From the NCBI GenBank assembly GCA_963692865.2, contig OY843592.1, positions 800,001 to 864,000 on the forward strand: a DNA stretch of 64,000 nucleotides. Direction: 5' to 3'. The first letter of the stretch is position 1, and each line of letters starts with the position of its first letter. A model generated the notes under the pieces. The model saw only the letters and a program-made list of their open reading frames with translations. It had not been told where the DNA came from and did no database searches. The stretch comes from a bacterium (lineage in GTDB: Bacteria > UBA8248). The translations under genes and the position numbers were made by a program. This document shows, in pieces, positions 9,797 to 19,922 of this stretch.

Positions 9797-10856
9797 GTAG
9801 GGGCGCTTCGTGAAGCGCCCGTTTTTCCGCCGGGCAGGGCCGTTCTCGAACGGCCCCTACGGGTAAAACGCGGTTGATCCGAGAGGGACAGGTTTTTCAA
9901 CGGCCCCGAGGAGGGAGGGTTCGCCGGGGCGTGCGGCGTTCGACTTTCCCCGCCCTTCGACAAGCTCGGGACAGGCCCCTTCGATACGCCGGCTACGGTC
10001 GCCGTTTTGTCGTTTCTGTTGTAGGGGTCGCATACCATGCGACCCGCATCGTGAGGGAAAGGCCGGGCCGCGGCTTATGCAAACGCTCGTTCCTCACTCG
10101 CGTTCGACCCCCCACGCATCAGCCTTCGCGTAAACCGCTCGGCTTCTGCTACTCCCCCTCAAGGGGGGAGTGTTTCCATACCGCATCGGTGCGGCCCGCG
10201 TCAGGCGGCGAAAAAGGCCGGGCCGCATGGTATGCGGCCCCTACGCTCCGAATGCGACCGTAGGGGCGCTTCGTGAAGCGCCCGTTTTTTCTCCGGGAAG
10301 GGCCGTTCGCGAACGGCCCCTACGGGTGAGGCGATGGTTTTGCGGGTCGGACATATACGTCCGGCCTGCGGGCAGAACGTGGTTGACGCGAGAGGAACGG
10401 GTTTTTCAACAGCCCCCTACGGGTAAAACGCGGCTGATCCGAGAGGGACAGGTTTTTCAACGGCCCCGAGGAGGGAGGGTTCGCCGGGGCGTGCGGCGTT
10501 CGACTTTCCCCGCCCTTCGACAAGCTCGGGACAGGCCCCTTCGATACGCTGGCTACGGTCGCCGTTTTGTCGTTTCTGTTGTAGGGGTCGCATATCATGC
10601 GACCCGCATCGTGAGGGAAAGGCCGGGCCGCATGGTATGCGGCCCCTACGACCCCTGCAAAGAAGCGCCCGTTTCTCCGCCGGGCAGGGCCGTTCGCGAA
10701 CGCCCCCTAACGGGTGAGGCGATGGTTTTGCGGGCCGGACATATTCGTCCGGCCTGCGGGCAGAACGTGGTTGACGCGAGAGGAACGGGTTTTTCAACAG
10801 CCCCCTACGGGTAAAACGCGGTTGATCCGAGAGGGACAGGTTTTTCAACAGCCCCT
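9797..10856. repeat. Mosaic array of GTAG-type REP hairpins with internal tandem duplications
   Basis: An ~218-bp module at ~9854-10071 is repeated at ~10414-10631; ~10320-10470 is repeated at ~10708-10855; multiple gtagggg...cccctac hairpins. Confidence 0.85.
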
Positions 10857-10879
10857 TCCCGGTCGCGATTGATCCGCCC

Positions 10880-12091
10880 TCAACCCAGGTCGATTCCCTC
10901 TTGCTCGAGTTTTTTTTCCGCGTAGCCGAGGCGCTCGATCAAGACCTCCCGGTTGCTGCTCCCTAACGGCTCGCCCGCGTGGCGCACCTTGCCGGGCGTG
11001 CGCGAGAGTTTGCCGAAGGCCTCCTGCATCCGCACCGGGCCGCCGAGTTCGGCATCCTCCACCTCGGCGATGTTCCCGCGCGCGACGACCTGTTCGTTCT
11101 CCACCACCATCTTCACGCTGTTGATGGGGGTGGCCGCGCCCTCGAATTGGGTCAAGCGCTCCATCACCTCACCGAGGGTCAAGGTGATTAAAGTCTTCTG
11201 GAGTTCGTCCTCGATGGCGTCGGCGTTCTTCATGCGCTCGCGGTTGTCGGCGAACCTCGGATCCGCGATCAAGTCCTCGCGCCCCAGTCCCTTGCAGATG
11301 TTCTCGAAGATGGACTGGTTCGAGCCCGCGATGAGCACCCAATGGCCGTCTTTGGTCTCGAAGTTGTTCCGGGGCACCGCGAACTCCAAGCGCGAGCCGC
11401 TCCTGCCCTGGATGAAGCCGAGCTGGTCGTAATAGATAACCTGGGGTCCCAGCATGGTGAGCAGCTGCTCGTAGATCGCGAGGTCTATCTGCTGGCCCGC
11501 GCCGCCCCTCCGGTCGCGCTCGTGGAGCGCGACCATCACCAGGAACGCCGCGCCGATGCCCGTGGAGCAATCCCCCAGGCCCCAGGAGGGGCTCAGGGGC
11601 GGGCCGTCGGGGTAGCCGTTGATGTGGCTGAATCCCGCGAAGGCCTCCGCCAGCGAGCCGAAGCCGGGGCGGTTCCTGTAAGGCCCCGTCCTGCCGAACC
11701 CCGTGATGGAGAGCATGATGACGGCGGGGTTCACCTCTTTGAGCGCGTCGTAGTCGAGTCCCCATTTTTCGAGCACGCCGGTGCGGTAGTTCTCGACGAC
11801 GACGTCGGCCTCGGCCACGAGTTTTTTCACCGCCTCGACGCCGAAGGGGGTTCTCAAGTCGAGCGTCACGCTCTTCTTGTTGCGGTTGATCATCTTGTAG
11901 TAGAGGCCCACGCCGTTCTTGTTGTGGCCCCAGAGGCGCATGGGGTCGCCGCCCCTGGGGTTTTCGATCTTGACGACCTCCGCCCCGTAGTCGGCGAGAT
12001 ACATGGCGCAGAGCGGCCCCGCCAGGTAGTTCGACATGTCCACGACCCGCACGCCCGCGAGAGGCATGCGCGCGGTTTGCTCATCGTCCAT
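10880..12091 (-). CDS. Family III CoA transferase (CaiB/BaiF)
   Basis: LAGP...LADYGAEVVKIE, NRNKKSVTLDL, VVENYR, ITGFGRTGPY. Confidence 0.92.
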   Translation of the reverse strand: MDDEQTARMPLAGVRVVDMSNYLAGPLCAMYLADYGAEVVKIENPRGGDPMRLWGHNKNGVGLYYKMINRNKKSVTLDLRTPFGVEAVKKLVAEADVVVENYRTGVLEKWGLDYDALKEVNPAVIMLSITGFGRTGPYRNRPGFGSLAEAFAGFSHINGYPDGPPLSPSWGLGDCSTGIGAAFLVMVALHERDRRGGAGQQIDLAIYEQLLTMLGPQVIYYDQLGFIQGRSGSRLEFAVPRNNFETKDGHWVLIAGSNQSIFENICKGLGREDLIADPRFADNRERMKNADAIEDELQKTLITLTLGEVMERLTQFEGAATPINSVKMVVENEQVVARGNIAEVEDAELGGPVRMQEAFGKLSRTPGKVRHAGEPLGSSNREVLIERLGYAEKKLEQEGIDLG

Positions 12092-12199
12092 GGGTTGTCC
12101 TCACGAGAAAGCCTTCGCCCGCGTGTTCAGGAAACGGGGGGAATGCTATCATCCGGCGAAGCCTTTTGGAATCAACCGAACGCCTTGCGGGGAGGAAAC

Positions 12200-13312
12200 A
12201 TGGGCTACCGGGGAATGCACGTCGTGGACGCCGACGCGCACTATCTCGAGGAAATCCGCGATTTCGCCAGGTATCTCGATGGCCCTTCCGTCGAGCGCTT
12301 CGCCGACTGGAGCGGGCGGTACCACATGCCCGCCCTGGTGGGGGATCAGTACGACGTCATGCTGCATGGGCGCACCGTGCGGGGCGCTGAGGCGGGCAAG
12401 GGCGATCAGGACGAGATGCTCGGCATGTCGAGTCCCGCCGACATCCCCGTCGTGATGGAGCGCTTCGGGGTCGACACCATCGTCATGATCCCCACCTACA
12501 TGCTCATGGTCGAGTTCGTGCGAAACGCGAACCACGCGATGGACATCTGCAACGGCTACATCGACTACATGCTGGACGGCGTGTGCGCCCCCGAGGAGGG
12601 AATCTACACGCTGGTGGTGGCCGCGGGCCGCGACCCCGAGCGCGCCGCGAAGATGATAGACCGCGTGGCGGGCCACCCGGCCGTGTGCGGGGTGGAGATG
12701 CTCGGAAGCGCCGAGCTTCCCCTGGGGGCGGAGGCGTACAACCCCATCTACGAGGCGGCCCAGCACCACGGACTCCCTATCGTCCTGCACGCGAACTTCC
12801 TGGGGCCGGATCTGTCCAGCTTCGCCAAGTTTCCCACCTTCGTCGAGAGCCACGCGCTGGACATGACCTGGTGCAACCAGGTGCAGCTCGTGAGCATGGT
12901 GATGGAGGGCGTGCCCGAGCGCTTCCCGGATCTCAAGATCGTCTTTCAGGAAAGCGGCATCACCTGGGTGGCGGGCCTCATGTACCGCCTCGACACCGAA
13001 TACATGCGCCGCCGCGCCGAGGCGCCTCTGCTCAGGAAGCTGCCGAGCGAATACGTCAGGGATTTCTATTTCGGCACCCAGCCGATGGAGGAGATGCCGA
13101 GGAAGCACTTGAAGATGTTCTTCGACCTGCTGGACGGTGAGAACGCCTTCATCTACGCGAGCGACTGGCCCCATTTCGATTACGACGAGCCATCGGCGGT
13201 CGCCGACCTCCCGTTCCTGAGCGAGTCGGGCCGCCGCAAGATCATGGGCGAGAACGCGCTGGGCGTCTTTCGCTTCACGGAAAAGACGGTGAACCTGGAG
13301 GTGGGCGCCTAG
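12200..13312 (+). CDS. Amidohydrolase_2 family protein
   Basis: ggagg RBS; VVDADAH (metal-binding), FPDLKIVFQESG, ASDWPHFD. Confidence 0.88.
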   Translation: MGYRGMHVVDADAHYLEEIRDFARYLDGPSVERFADWSGRYHMPALVGDQYDVMLHGRTVRGAEAGKGDQDEMLGMSSPADIPVVMERFGVDTIVMIPTYMLMVEFVRNANHAMDICNGYIDYMLDGVCAPEEGIYTLVVAAGRDPERAAKMIDRVAGHPAVCGVEMLGSAELPLGAEAYNPIYEAAQHHGLPIVLHANFLGPDLSSFAKFPTFVESHALDMTWCNQVQLVSMVMEGVPERFPDLKIVFQESGITWVAGLMYRLDTEYMRRRAEAPLLRKLPSEYVRDFYFGTQPMEEMPRKHLKMFFDLLDGENAFIYASDWPHFDYDEPSAVADLPFLSESGRRKIMGENALGVFRFTEKTVNLEVGA

Positions 13313-13690
13313 ATGGCGAGGCGGCTCTGGGCGGCGCGCGCCTCCGAAATCGGCCCCGGCGAGCGGATTCGCCTGGAACTCGGCGGCCTCAAGCTCGGCA
13401 TTTTCCGGCTGATCGACGGCTTTTTCGCGCTGGAGGACAAATGCCCCCACCAGCAGGGCCCCGTCTGTTCCGGGAACGTCTTCCGCGAGATCACGGCTTA
13501 CGTTGGCGATGACGGCAGGGTGCGCGAGCGCTACGCGCGTGATGAGGCGGACGTGGTCGCGTGCCCCATGCACGGCTGGGAGTTCGAGATCAGGACGGGG
13601 GAGTGCCTCGCCGACCGCCAGCGGAAAGTCCGGCGCTTTCCCGTGGAAGTCGACGGGGAGGACCTCTACGTCCTCCTGCCTGGAGGGTGA
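13313..13690 (+). CDS. Rieske [2Fe-2S] ferredoxin
   Basis: CPH and CPMHGWEF boxes separated by a long insert; starts immediately after the amidohydrolase stop. Confidence 0.88.
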   Translation: MARRLWAARASEIGPGERIRLELGGLKLGIFRLIDGFFALEDKCPHQQGPVCSGNVFREITAYVGDDGRVRERYARDEADVVACPMHGWEFEIRTGECLADRQRKVRRFPVEVDGEDLYVLLPGG

Positions 13691-13807
13691 GGGGGGCTGA
13701 ACTAGCCAGTTAATGTTAAATGTTATACATGTTTTTGTATGATTTCCCTTAAAATTTCATTTTGTTGAATAATTCAGAAACGAATCTCCGCAGGAGGGAT
13801 ATAGAAA

Positions 13808-14743
13808 ATGGATGTCCTTGAATTTGGTCTGGCAAATGGTGTTGTAATTATTGTGGTCTTGTTCGCTTTGTTGATTATCAAGAAAGGCGTAAAAATTGTT
13901 CCGCAGTCGGAGGTCTTCATAGTAGAAAGGTTTGGTAAATACACACGGACACTGACAGCAGGGCTGAACCTTGTCGTACCTTTCCTTGACAAGATATCCC
14001 GTCGGATATCAATACTCGAACGCCAGCTTCCAGAATTCTCGATTAGTGTGATTACACGAGACAACGTCGAAGTTAGTCTTGAATCCACAGTTTTTTATCG
14101 AATTGTCGACGCCGCTCGTTCTGTGTACCGAATTCGAGATGTTGATTCGGCCCTTCACACTGAGGCATCGTCGATTGTGCGCTCGGCGGCTGGCCGTCTT
14201 GAACTAGATGAGTTGCAATCGTCGCGCGAATCAATGAACCAAGAAATTGGCGAGAACCTCCAAGCCAAATCAGACGAATGGGGCCTCGAAATTACTTCGA
14301 CGGCGATAATTGATGTTGTGGTCGACAATCAGACTAAAGATGCACAGCGTCAGCAGTTGAATGCCGAGCGTGAACGACGCGCCGCGATCGCTCGTGCGGA
14401 AGGAGACAGGCGCGCTGTTGAGTTGGCAGCAGAAGCCAAACTGTTCGAAGCGCAGAAAGAGGCAGAAGCGCTTCGCCTGACTGCCGATGCCGAAGCCTAC
14501 TCGGTACGTGTAAAGGCAGAGGCAGATGCTGAACAAACCCGACTTATCGCCTTAGCAATTGCTGAAAACGGTCAGCCAGCCATCAATTTTGAAGTGTTAA
14601 AGCGTCAAGTCGATGCTCTTGGCCAACTCGCTTCCTCACCAAACGCCAAGACTGTTGTGGTGCCAACCGATATCACGGGTGTCATCGGTTCTCTGCAATT
14701 ACTTGCAGAAAACTTTCAAAGGCCGACAAATGGGAATACTTAG
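13808..14743 (+). CDS. SPFH/stomatin (band 7) family protein
   Basis: N-terminal TM helix, VERFGKY, ITRDNV, AERERRA coiled coil; AT-richer than the flanks. Confidence 0.9.
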   Translation: MDVLEFGLANGVVIIVVLFALLIIKKGVKIVPQSEVFIVERFGKYTRTLTAGLNLVVPFLDKISRRISILERQLPEFSISVITRDNVEVSLESTVFYRIVDAARSVYRIRDVDSALHTEASSIVRSAAGRLELDELQSSRESMNQEIGENLQAKSDEWGLEITSTAIIDVVVDNQTKDAQRQQLNAERERRAAIARAEGDRRAVELAAEAKLFEAQKEAEALRLTADAEAYSVRVKAEADAEQTRLIALAIAENGQPAINFEVLKRQVDALGQLASSPNAKTVVVPTDITGVIGSLQLLAENFQRPTNGNT

Positions 14744-15038
14744 CGCCATAACATATTGGGTATTTTTGCCTGAAACTTGGGTGCTTCTCGCGCTTGTTCT
14801 GATTTGCGCCGATATTTTGCTTGCCTTTGATTTCTTCGTATTGTCAATAGGTATTGCTGCCCTAATTCTTGCTGGCCTTTTGTTCATGGAAAGAAATCTT
14901 TGGCTGGGTGATATCATGTTATTCCAGACTTGGCGTGATATCGCTTTTTGGTTTGCCGGTCTGTCGATTGGTTCAACAATTCTTATACGATTGATGTTGC
15001 AACGTCGCCATGTTGATTCGGATATCAATGAATACTGA
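14730..15038 (+). CDS. Short NfeD-like membrane protein (no OB domain)
   Basis: Hydrophobic ~102 aa, overlaps the SPFH 3' end; SPFH-NfeD pairing is well known. Confidence 0.65.
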   Translation: MGILSAITYWVFLPETWVLLALVLICADILLAFDFFVLSIGIAALILAGLLFMERNLWLGDIMLFQTWRDIAFWFAGLSIGSTILIRLMLQRRHVDSDINEY

Positions 15039-15116
15039 TACTGAAATACTTGCGAGCCGATAAAGACCCGGTTAAGAGAAGGAAATTATCTAAAGGCGCA
15101 ATCTGGAGGGGAAACG

Positions 15117-15509
15117 ATGTCCATGCCCGCCTACGGATACGATCACTTACACTTTCGAAGCGAGGACCCCCGCGCCGCCGCAAAGTTCTGGGAGGAGATG
15201 TTCGGCGCGAAGGTGGTGGACGAGGGCGACCTGGGCGGCTCGCCGATTTTCAGCTTCGATCTGAACGGGATGCGTTTCCTGGTCTCGGGCCGTGCGGAGG
15301 GCGAGAACCCCGTGCGCACGACGAGCGACCCGCGCTACGGGCTGGACCATTTCGGCCTCGTCGTCGACGACATGGATGCGGCCGAGGCCGACCTGCGCGC
15401 GAAGGGGGCCGACTTCATCTGCGACCCGTGGGAGATCGGCCCGGGCACGAAGATCGCCTTCATCAGAGGGCCGGACGACATCAGCATCGAGCTCGTCTCG
15501 CGCGGCTAA
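15117..15509 (+). CDS. VOC/glyoxalase family protein
   Basis: YDHLH, LDHFGLVVDD, FIRGPDDISIEL. Confidence 0.88.
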   Translation: MSMPAYGYDHLHFRSEDPRAAAKFWEEMFGAKVVDEGDLGGSPIFSFDLNGMRFLVSGRAEGENPVRTTSDPRYGLDHFGLVVDDMDAAEADLRAKGADFICDPWEIGPGTKIAFIRGPDDISIELVSRG

Positions 15510-15573
15510 GGCATGAGCCTCGGCCTTGGGATAATGCCAAGCCGGGCGAGGTTTCCCTGAAACCTGCCGAAAA

Positions 15574-16268
15574 GGGGCTGTTGGAGAAAAATCCGTTTAT
15601 GGCCCCTGTCGGTGAGGTGATGATCCCGTAGTGACAGCCCCTCCTGGGGCCTGTTCCTACACACGTCGTTCGAGTGGCGGTGTAGGGGCCGGTGTAGGGG
15701 CCGCATATCATGCGGCCCGGCCTTTCCGCCTTCACGATGCGGGTCGCATGGTATGCGACCCCTACAACAGAAACGACAAAACGGCGACCGTAGCCGGACA
15801 GACGCGGAGGCCCGTCCCGAGCTTGTCGAAGGGCGGGGAAGTCGAACGCCGCGCGCCCCGGCGAACCCTCCCTCATCGGGGTTGTTCCTACACACTTCGT
15901 TCGAGTGGCGGTGTAGGGGCCGCATATCATGCGGCCCTGCCTTTCCTTCACGATGCGGGTCGCATGATATGCGACCCCTACAACAGAAACGACAAAACGG
16001 CGACCGTAGCCGGACAGACGCGGAGGCCTGTCCCGAGCTTGTCGAAGGGCGGGGAAAGTCGAACGCCACGCGCCCCGGCGAACCCTCCCTCCTGGGGCCT
16101 GTTCCTACACACGTCGTTCGAGTGGCGGTGTATGTCGGACATATATGTCCGACCTACAACAGAAACGACAAAACGGCGACCGTAGCCGGACAGACGCGGA
16201 GGCCCGTCCCGAGCTTGTCGAAGGGCGGGGAAAGTCGAACGCCGCGCGCCCCGGCGAACCCTCCCTCA
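15574..16268. repeat. Three tandem copies of the REP module, inverted relative to 9854-10631
   Basis: ctacaacagaaacgacaaaacggcgaccgtagcc...gcccttcgacaagctc-complement...ggcgaaccctccctc at ~15762, ~15978 and ~16154. Confidence 0.85.
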
Positions 16269-16609
16269 TCTCATCAGGGTCTCCCGAAAAGCGCAAAATT
16301 GACAGATGAAGGAAATCCTGCTAGCGTTTTTCCATAGTTACGGAACCAGTCGAGGTTGGTTGAGGATTTTTCGAACGCCGGAGAGTGGGAATCGCGAACC
16401 GGTGGTATCGTCGCCTCCAGGGCCATCGCGCCCCGTTTCGCCTCCCGCCGTGAGAACGCTTCCCATTTCTTCGTCTGAAATTCGGGTGAACCGAGAGGCC
16501 CGGCCCAGGGCTTCTCGATTGGCGTTGTGGTTTGGTTCTGCCCCCGATGGCGGATCGCCCGTGCCACGGGGAGCGCAAGTTCTCCTTGGGCGACGATGGA
16601 GGGTTGACC

Positions 16610-17947
16610 ATGAAAGAACTCGGATTGAGTCGTCGGAAACTCCTTCGCAATGCCGCACTTGGAACGGCCGCCCTGGCCTTGCCCGTCTCGCGGGCGGCGC
16701 CCTCGGCGGCGGCGGTGAAAAAGCTCAACTTCTACAGCTGGACCTACGGCATCAGCTTCGTGAAGCAGCGCATCGCCGAATTCGAGAAACTCGCCAAGGT
16801 CAAGATCAACTACGGCAACACGCCGGGCAGCAAGTACCACGACACGCTGGTCGTCAAGTTCACGGGCGGAGCCCCCCTGGACGTCATCTACATGATCGAC
16901 GGGCACCTCGCCGAGTTCGTCGAGGCGGGCTGGCTGGCTCCCATCGATGAATTTCCCCGGGTGGATGAGTACCGCAAGGAGTTCATCGGCCCGACCGCCG
17001 ACGCGCTCACCTACGAAGGCAAGCTCTACGGCCTGCCCTACTACGTGGGCCACATGGCGTTCCTCTACAACGAGGAGCATCTGGAGAAGGCGGGCATCGG
17101 CGCTCCTCCCAAGACCTGGGACGAGGTGGTCCAGCAGAGCCTCCAGATCAAGAGCAAGGGGATTCAGGAGTATCCCTTCCTCCAGTTCCTGAAAGCCGAC
17201 TTCTGGATGGGCGAGTTGCTCTTCACCATGATGTACAGCCGGGGCGGGAGGTTCGTTGACGAGAAATACAACGTGATGAACTACGACAAGGAGGGCTCCG
17301 CGGCGGCGCAGGCCATCCAGTGGATCATCGACGCGGCCAAGAAGCACAAGATCACGCAGCCCGGCTTCCTGGAGCTCAACGAGGTCGCCGCGCTCAAGGC
17401 CTTCAGCAGCGGCACGGGCAGTTTCGCCATCCTGCCGAACTACCGGCTGCGGGCGGCGAACGAGCCCAAATCCTCCAAGGTGGCCGGCAAGGTCAAGATG
17501 GCGCTCATACCCACCGCCAACAACGCCAAGCCCAACGTGTGCGGCTGGACGAGGTGCTACAGCATGACCGCCCAGGCCGCGAAGGACCCCGCGCGCAAGG
17601 CGATGTCCTGGAAGATGGTGGACTTCCTGGGCGGCAAGGACAAATCCGGCACCTACCGCACCGCGAAGAAGTGGTTCACCGAGTTCGGTCTGGGCTTCGG
17701 CCACGCGCCGCTGTTCAAGGACCCCGATATCATCAAGGCTGCGAACAGTTGGGGCGAGGCGAAGCTGTTCGAGAGCCAGATGGCGCTCAGCAAGCCCAAG
17801 GACGGGCAGAAGGCCGTCTGGTACGCGGAGTGGGATCAGTTCATGCGTCCGCGCGTCCACAAGGCGATCCTGGGCCAGGCCGACATCGTGGGCACGCTCA
17901 AGACCCTGACCAAGCAGTGGAACAGGCTGAAACGTCGTTACGGTTAG
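16610..17947 (+). CDS. Sugar-family (CUT1) ABC substrate-binding protein, Tat-exported
   Basis: SRRKLL twin-arginine signal; GKLYGLPY, PPKTWDE. Confidence 0.88.
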   Translation: MKELGLSRRKLLRNAALGTAALALPVSRAAPSAAAVKKLNFYSWTYGISFVKQRIAEFEKLAKVKINYGNTPGSKYHDTLVVKFTGGAPLDVIYMIDGHLAEFVEAGWLAPIDEFPRVDEYRKEFIGPTADALTYEGKLYGLPYYVGHMAFLYNEEHLEKAGIGAPPKTWDEVVQQSLQIKSKGIQEYPFLQFLKADFWMGELLFTMMYSRGGRFVDEKYNVMNYDKEGSAAAQAIQWIIDAAKKHKITQPGFLELNEVAALKAFSSGTGSFAILPNYRLRAANEPKSSKVAGKVKMALIPTANNAKPNVCGWTRCYSMTAQAAKDPARKAMSWKMVDFLGGKDKSGTYRTAKKWFTEFGLGFGHAPLFKDPDIIKAANSWGEAKLFESQMALSKPKDGQKAVWYAEWDQFMRPRVHKAILGQADIVGTLKTLTKQWNRLKRRYG

Positions 17948-17958
17948 ACGTAAAGAGT

Positions 17959-17992
17959 CGCCTCCCCCGGCGATGCCCTGCCGGGGGAGGCG
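17959..17992 (+). promoter_or_regulatory. Strong intercistronic hairpin after the SBP gene
   Basis: cgcctcccccggc-gatgccct-gccgggggaggcg, no U-tract; plausible mRNA-stabilising element. Confidence 0.5.
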
Positions 17993-18007
17993 CGATGGAG
18001 GTTATCC

Positions 18008-18961
18008 TTGGCGAATATCCTGTCCGCCGAAGGGGTAGAGCCGGCCGCGCAGGCGGGCGCGAGGGGCTGGTTCGCCCGGCGCATGCAGACCGAAGGCGGC
18101 ATCGCGGCGTTCTTCGTGGGGCCTGCGCTGCTCCTCATGGTGCTGCTCAACATCTATCCCATCCTGCATTCGTTCTACGTCAGCGTCCACGTCTATAACC
18201 TCAAGCGGCCCCACAGAAACCCCTTCGTGGGTTTCGAGAACTACGTCATGTTCCTGGAGAGCGAGGATTTCTACAACGCGCTCATCAACACGGTCATCTT
18301 CGTCGTGGTGTCGGTGATCGCCGTGGCCATTCTCGGCCTCATCTTCTCCCTGGCGCTGAACGAACTGGGAGCAGGTGTGCGCAGGTGGGTGGTGCCGCTC
18401 ATCCTCGTTCCCTGGGCGGTGCCCTACGTGGCGAACGGCCTGATCTGGGAGTGGATCTACCATTCGGACTACGGGGTGCTGAACGGGCTTCTGGTTGCCC
18501 TTGGCGTCATCGACAAGTACCAGACGTGGCTCAGCAACCCGGACCGCGCGCTTTATGCCCTCGTGAACGCCTTCGTCTGGAAGGAGGTGCCCCTGGCCAC
18601 CGTCCTGTTCCTGACGGCGCTCCAGGCGATTCCCGAGGACCTCTACAGCGCGGCCAAGATCGATCAGGCGGGCGCGTCGAGGCGGTTCTGGCACATCACC
18701 CTGCCCGCGCTCAAGCTGGCGTTTCTGCTCGTTCTGGTCTACACGTCGATCATCTCCATCAAGACCTTTGATCTCGTATACATCCTCACAGAGGGAGGAC
18801 CGGGCGACGCGACGGCGCTCGTCTCCTGGTACACCTACGTGGAGACCTTCCGGAACCTGCAGTTCGGCTCCGGCGCGTCGATTTCCTATGTGATCGCCAT
18901 CGCCACCTTCATCCTGGCGATCGGCTACATCAAGATCCTCTACAGGCCGCAGGAGAATTGA
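18008..18961 (+). CDS. Carbohydrate ABC permease (MalF-like)
   Basis: FVGFENY, YGVLNGLL, YSAAKIDQA (EAA-type loop), TEGGPG. Confidence 0.9.
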   Translation: MANILSAEGVEPAAQAGARGWFARRMQTEGGIAAFFVGPALLLMVLLNIYPILHSFYVSVHVYNLKRPHRNPFVGFENYVMFLESEDFYNALINTVIFVVVSVIAVAILGLIFSLALNELGAGVRRWVVPLILVPWAVPYVANGLIWEWIYHSDYGVLNGLLVALGVIDKYQTWLSNPDRALYALVNAFVWKEVPLATVLFLTALQAIPEDLYSAAKIDQAGASRRFWHITLPALKLAFLLVLVYTSIISIKTFDLVYILTEGGPGDATALVSWYTYVETFRNLQFGSGASISYVIAIATFILAIGYIKILYRPQEN

Positions 18962-18963
18962 TC

Positions 18964-19902
18964 ATGGCTGCCCCGAGCGTTCCCGACATCAAGGAAATTC
19001 AGAGATACCGCCAGGCCGCCGTCCTGGGGCGGGTCGCCCTCTACCTCATCGTCGCCGCCATGCTCTTCTATGCGATATCGCCCTTCTACTGGATGTTGAA
19101 CTCGAGCCTGCAGTTCGAAAAGGACGTTGTGTCGGTTCCGCCCAACTGGGTTCCGCCCAAGCTCAACGTCGGCAATTTCGAGGAGATAATCTTAAGAAAA
19201 CCCGCGGATACGAGCGTCGCGTTCGACAAGAAGATGGCCGGATACTCCACGTTCCCCACGGCTGACGTGCTGCCCTCGATGTGGAACAGCTTCGTCGTGG
19301 CGCTGGGCGTCACCATCATCAACGTCATCCTGGGATGTCTGGCGGCGTACGGCTTCGCGCGTCTTTACTTCAAGGGGAAGCAGTCCCTTTTCTACGTCGT
19401 GCTGGCGTCGCGCATCGTGCCCGAGGTGTCGTTGATCGTCCCGTTCTACCTGATGATCCGCGGGCTGGGGCTGCTGGACACCTACATGGGCCTCATCGTG
19501 GCCTACATTCCGATATCGCTTCCCCTGGCGATCTTCGTGCTGGTCGCCTATTTCGAGACCGTTCCGCAGGAGATCGAGAGTGCCGCCCGCGTGGACGGCT
19601 GCAACCGCTTCCAGACGCTCTGGCGGGTGATCCTGCCGCTCTCGGCGCCCGCCATCGTCACGGCGGGGGTGTTCGTATTCCTCACGAGCTGGAACGAGTT
19701 CCTCTTCCCGCTCGTCCTGACCCAGACGATGAACACCCGGCCCATCACGGTGACGCTGCTCGATTTCGTCTCCGAGTTCTCGGTGAGCTACGCGCGGATG
19801 AACGCCGCGGGCGTCGCCTGCGTCATCATTCCCGTCGCCCTGGCCCTCATGTTCCAGCGCTACTTCGTGCGCGGGCTGACGGCGGGCGCGGTGAAGGGCT
19901 AG
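18964..19902 (+). CDS. Carbohydrate ABC permease (MalG-like)
   Basis: ESAARVDGC, SWNEFLF, GLTAGAVKG. Confidence 0.9.
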   Translation: MAAPSVPDIKEIQRYRQAAVLGRVALYLIVAAMLFYAISPFYWMLNSSLQFEKDVVSVPPNWVPPKLNVGNFEEIILRKPADTSVAFDKKMAGYSTFPTADVLPSMWNSFVVALGVTIINVILGCLAAYGFARLYFKGKQSLFYVVLASRIVPEVSLIVPFYLMIRGLGLLDTYMGLIVAYIPISLPLAIFVLVAYFETVPQEIESAARVDGCNRFQTLWRVILPLSAPAIVTAGVFVFLTSWNEFLFPLVLTQTMNTRPITVTLLDFVSEFSVSYARMNAAGVACVIIPVALALMFQRYFVRGLTAGAVKG

Positions 19903-19922
19903 CCGGTTTTCCATAGGAGCGC

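Noticed and set aside
13694-13721. dif-like site (taatgttaaat resembles the XerD arm)
   Set aside because: The XerC arm does not match and no partner site was seen at the other islet end.
15631-16337. Repeat arrays read as CRISPR or as repeat-protein ORFs (also 9874-10848)
   Set aside because: Units are ~180-220 bp with conserved rather than unique spacers, no cas genes are present, and the ORFs are translations of REP sequence.
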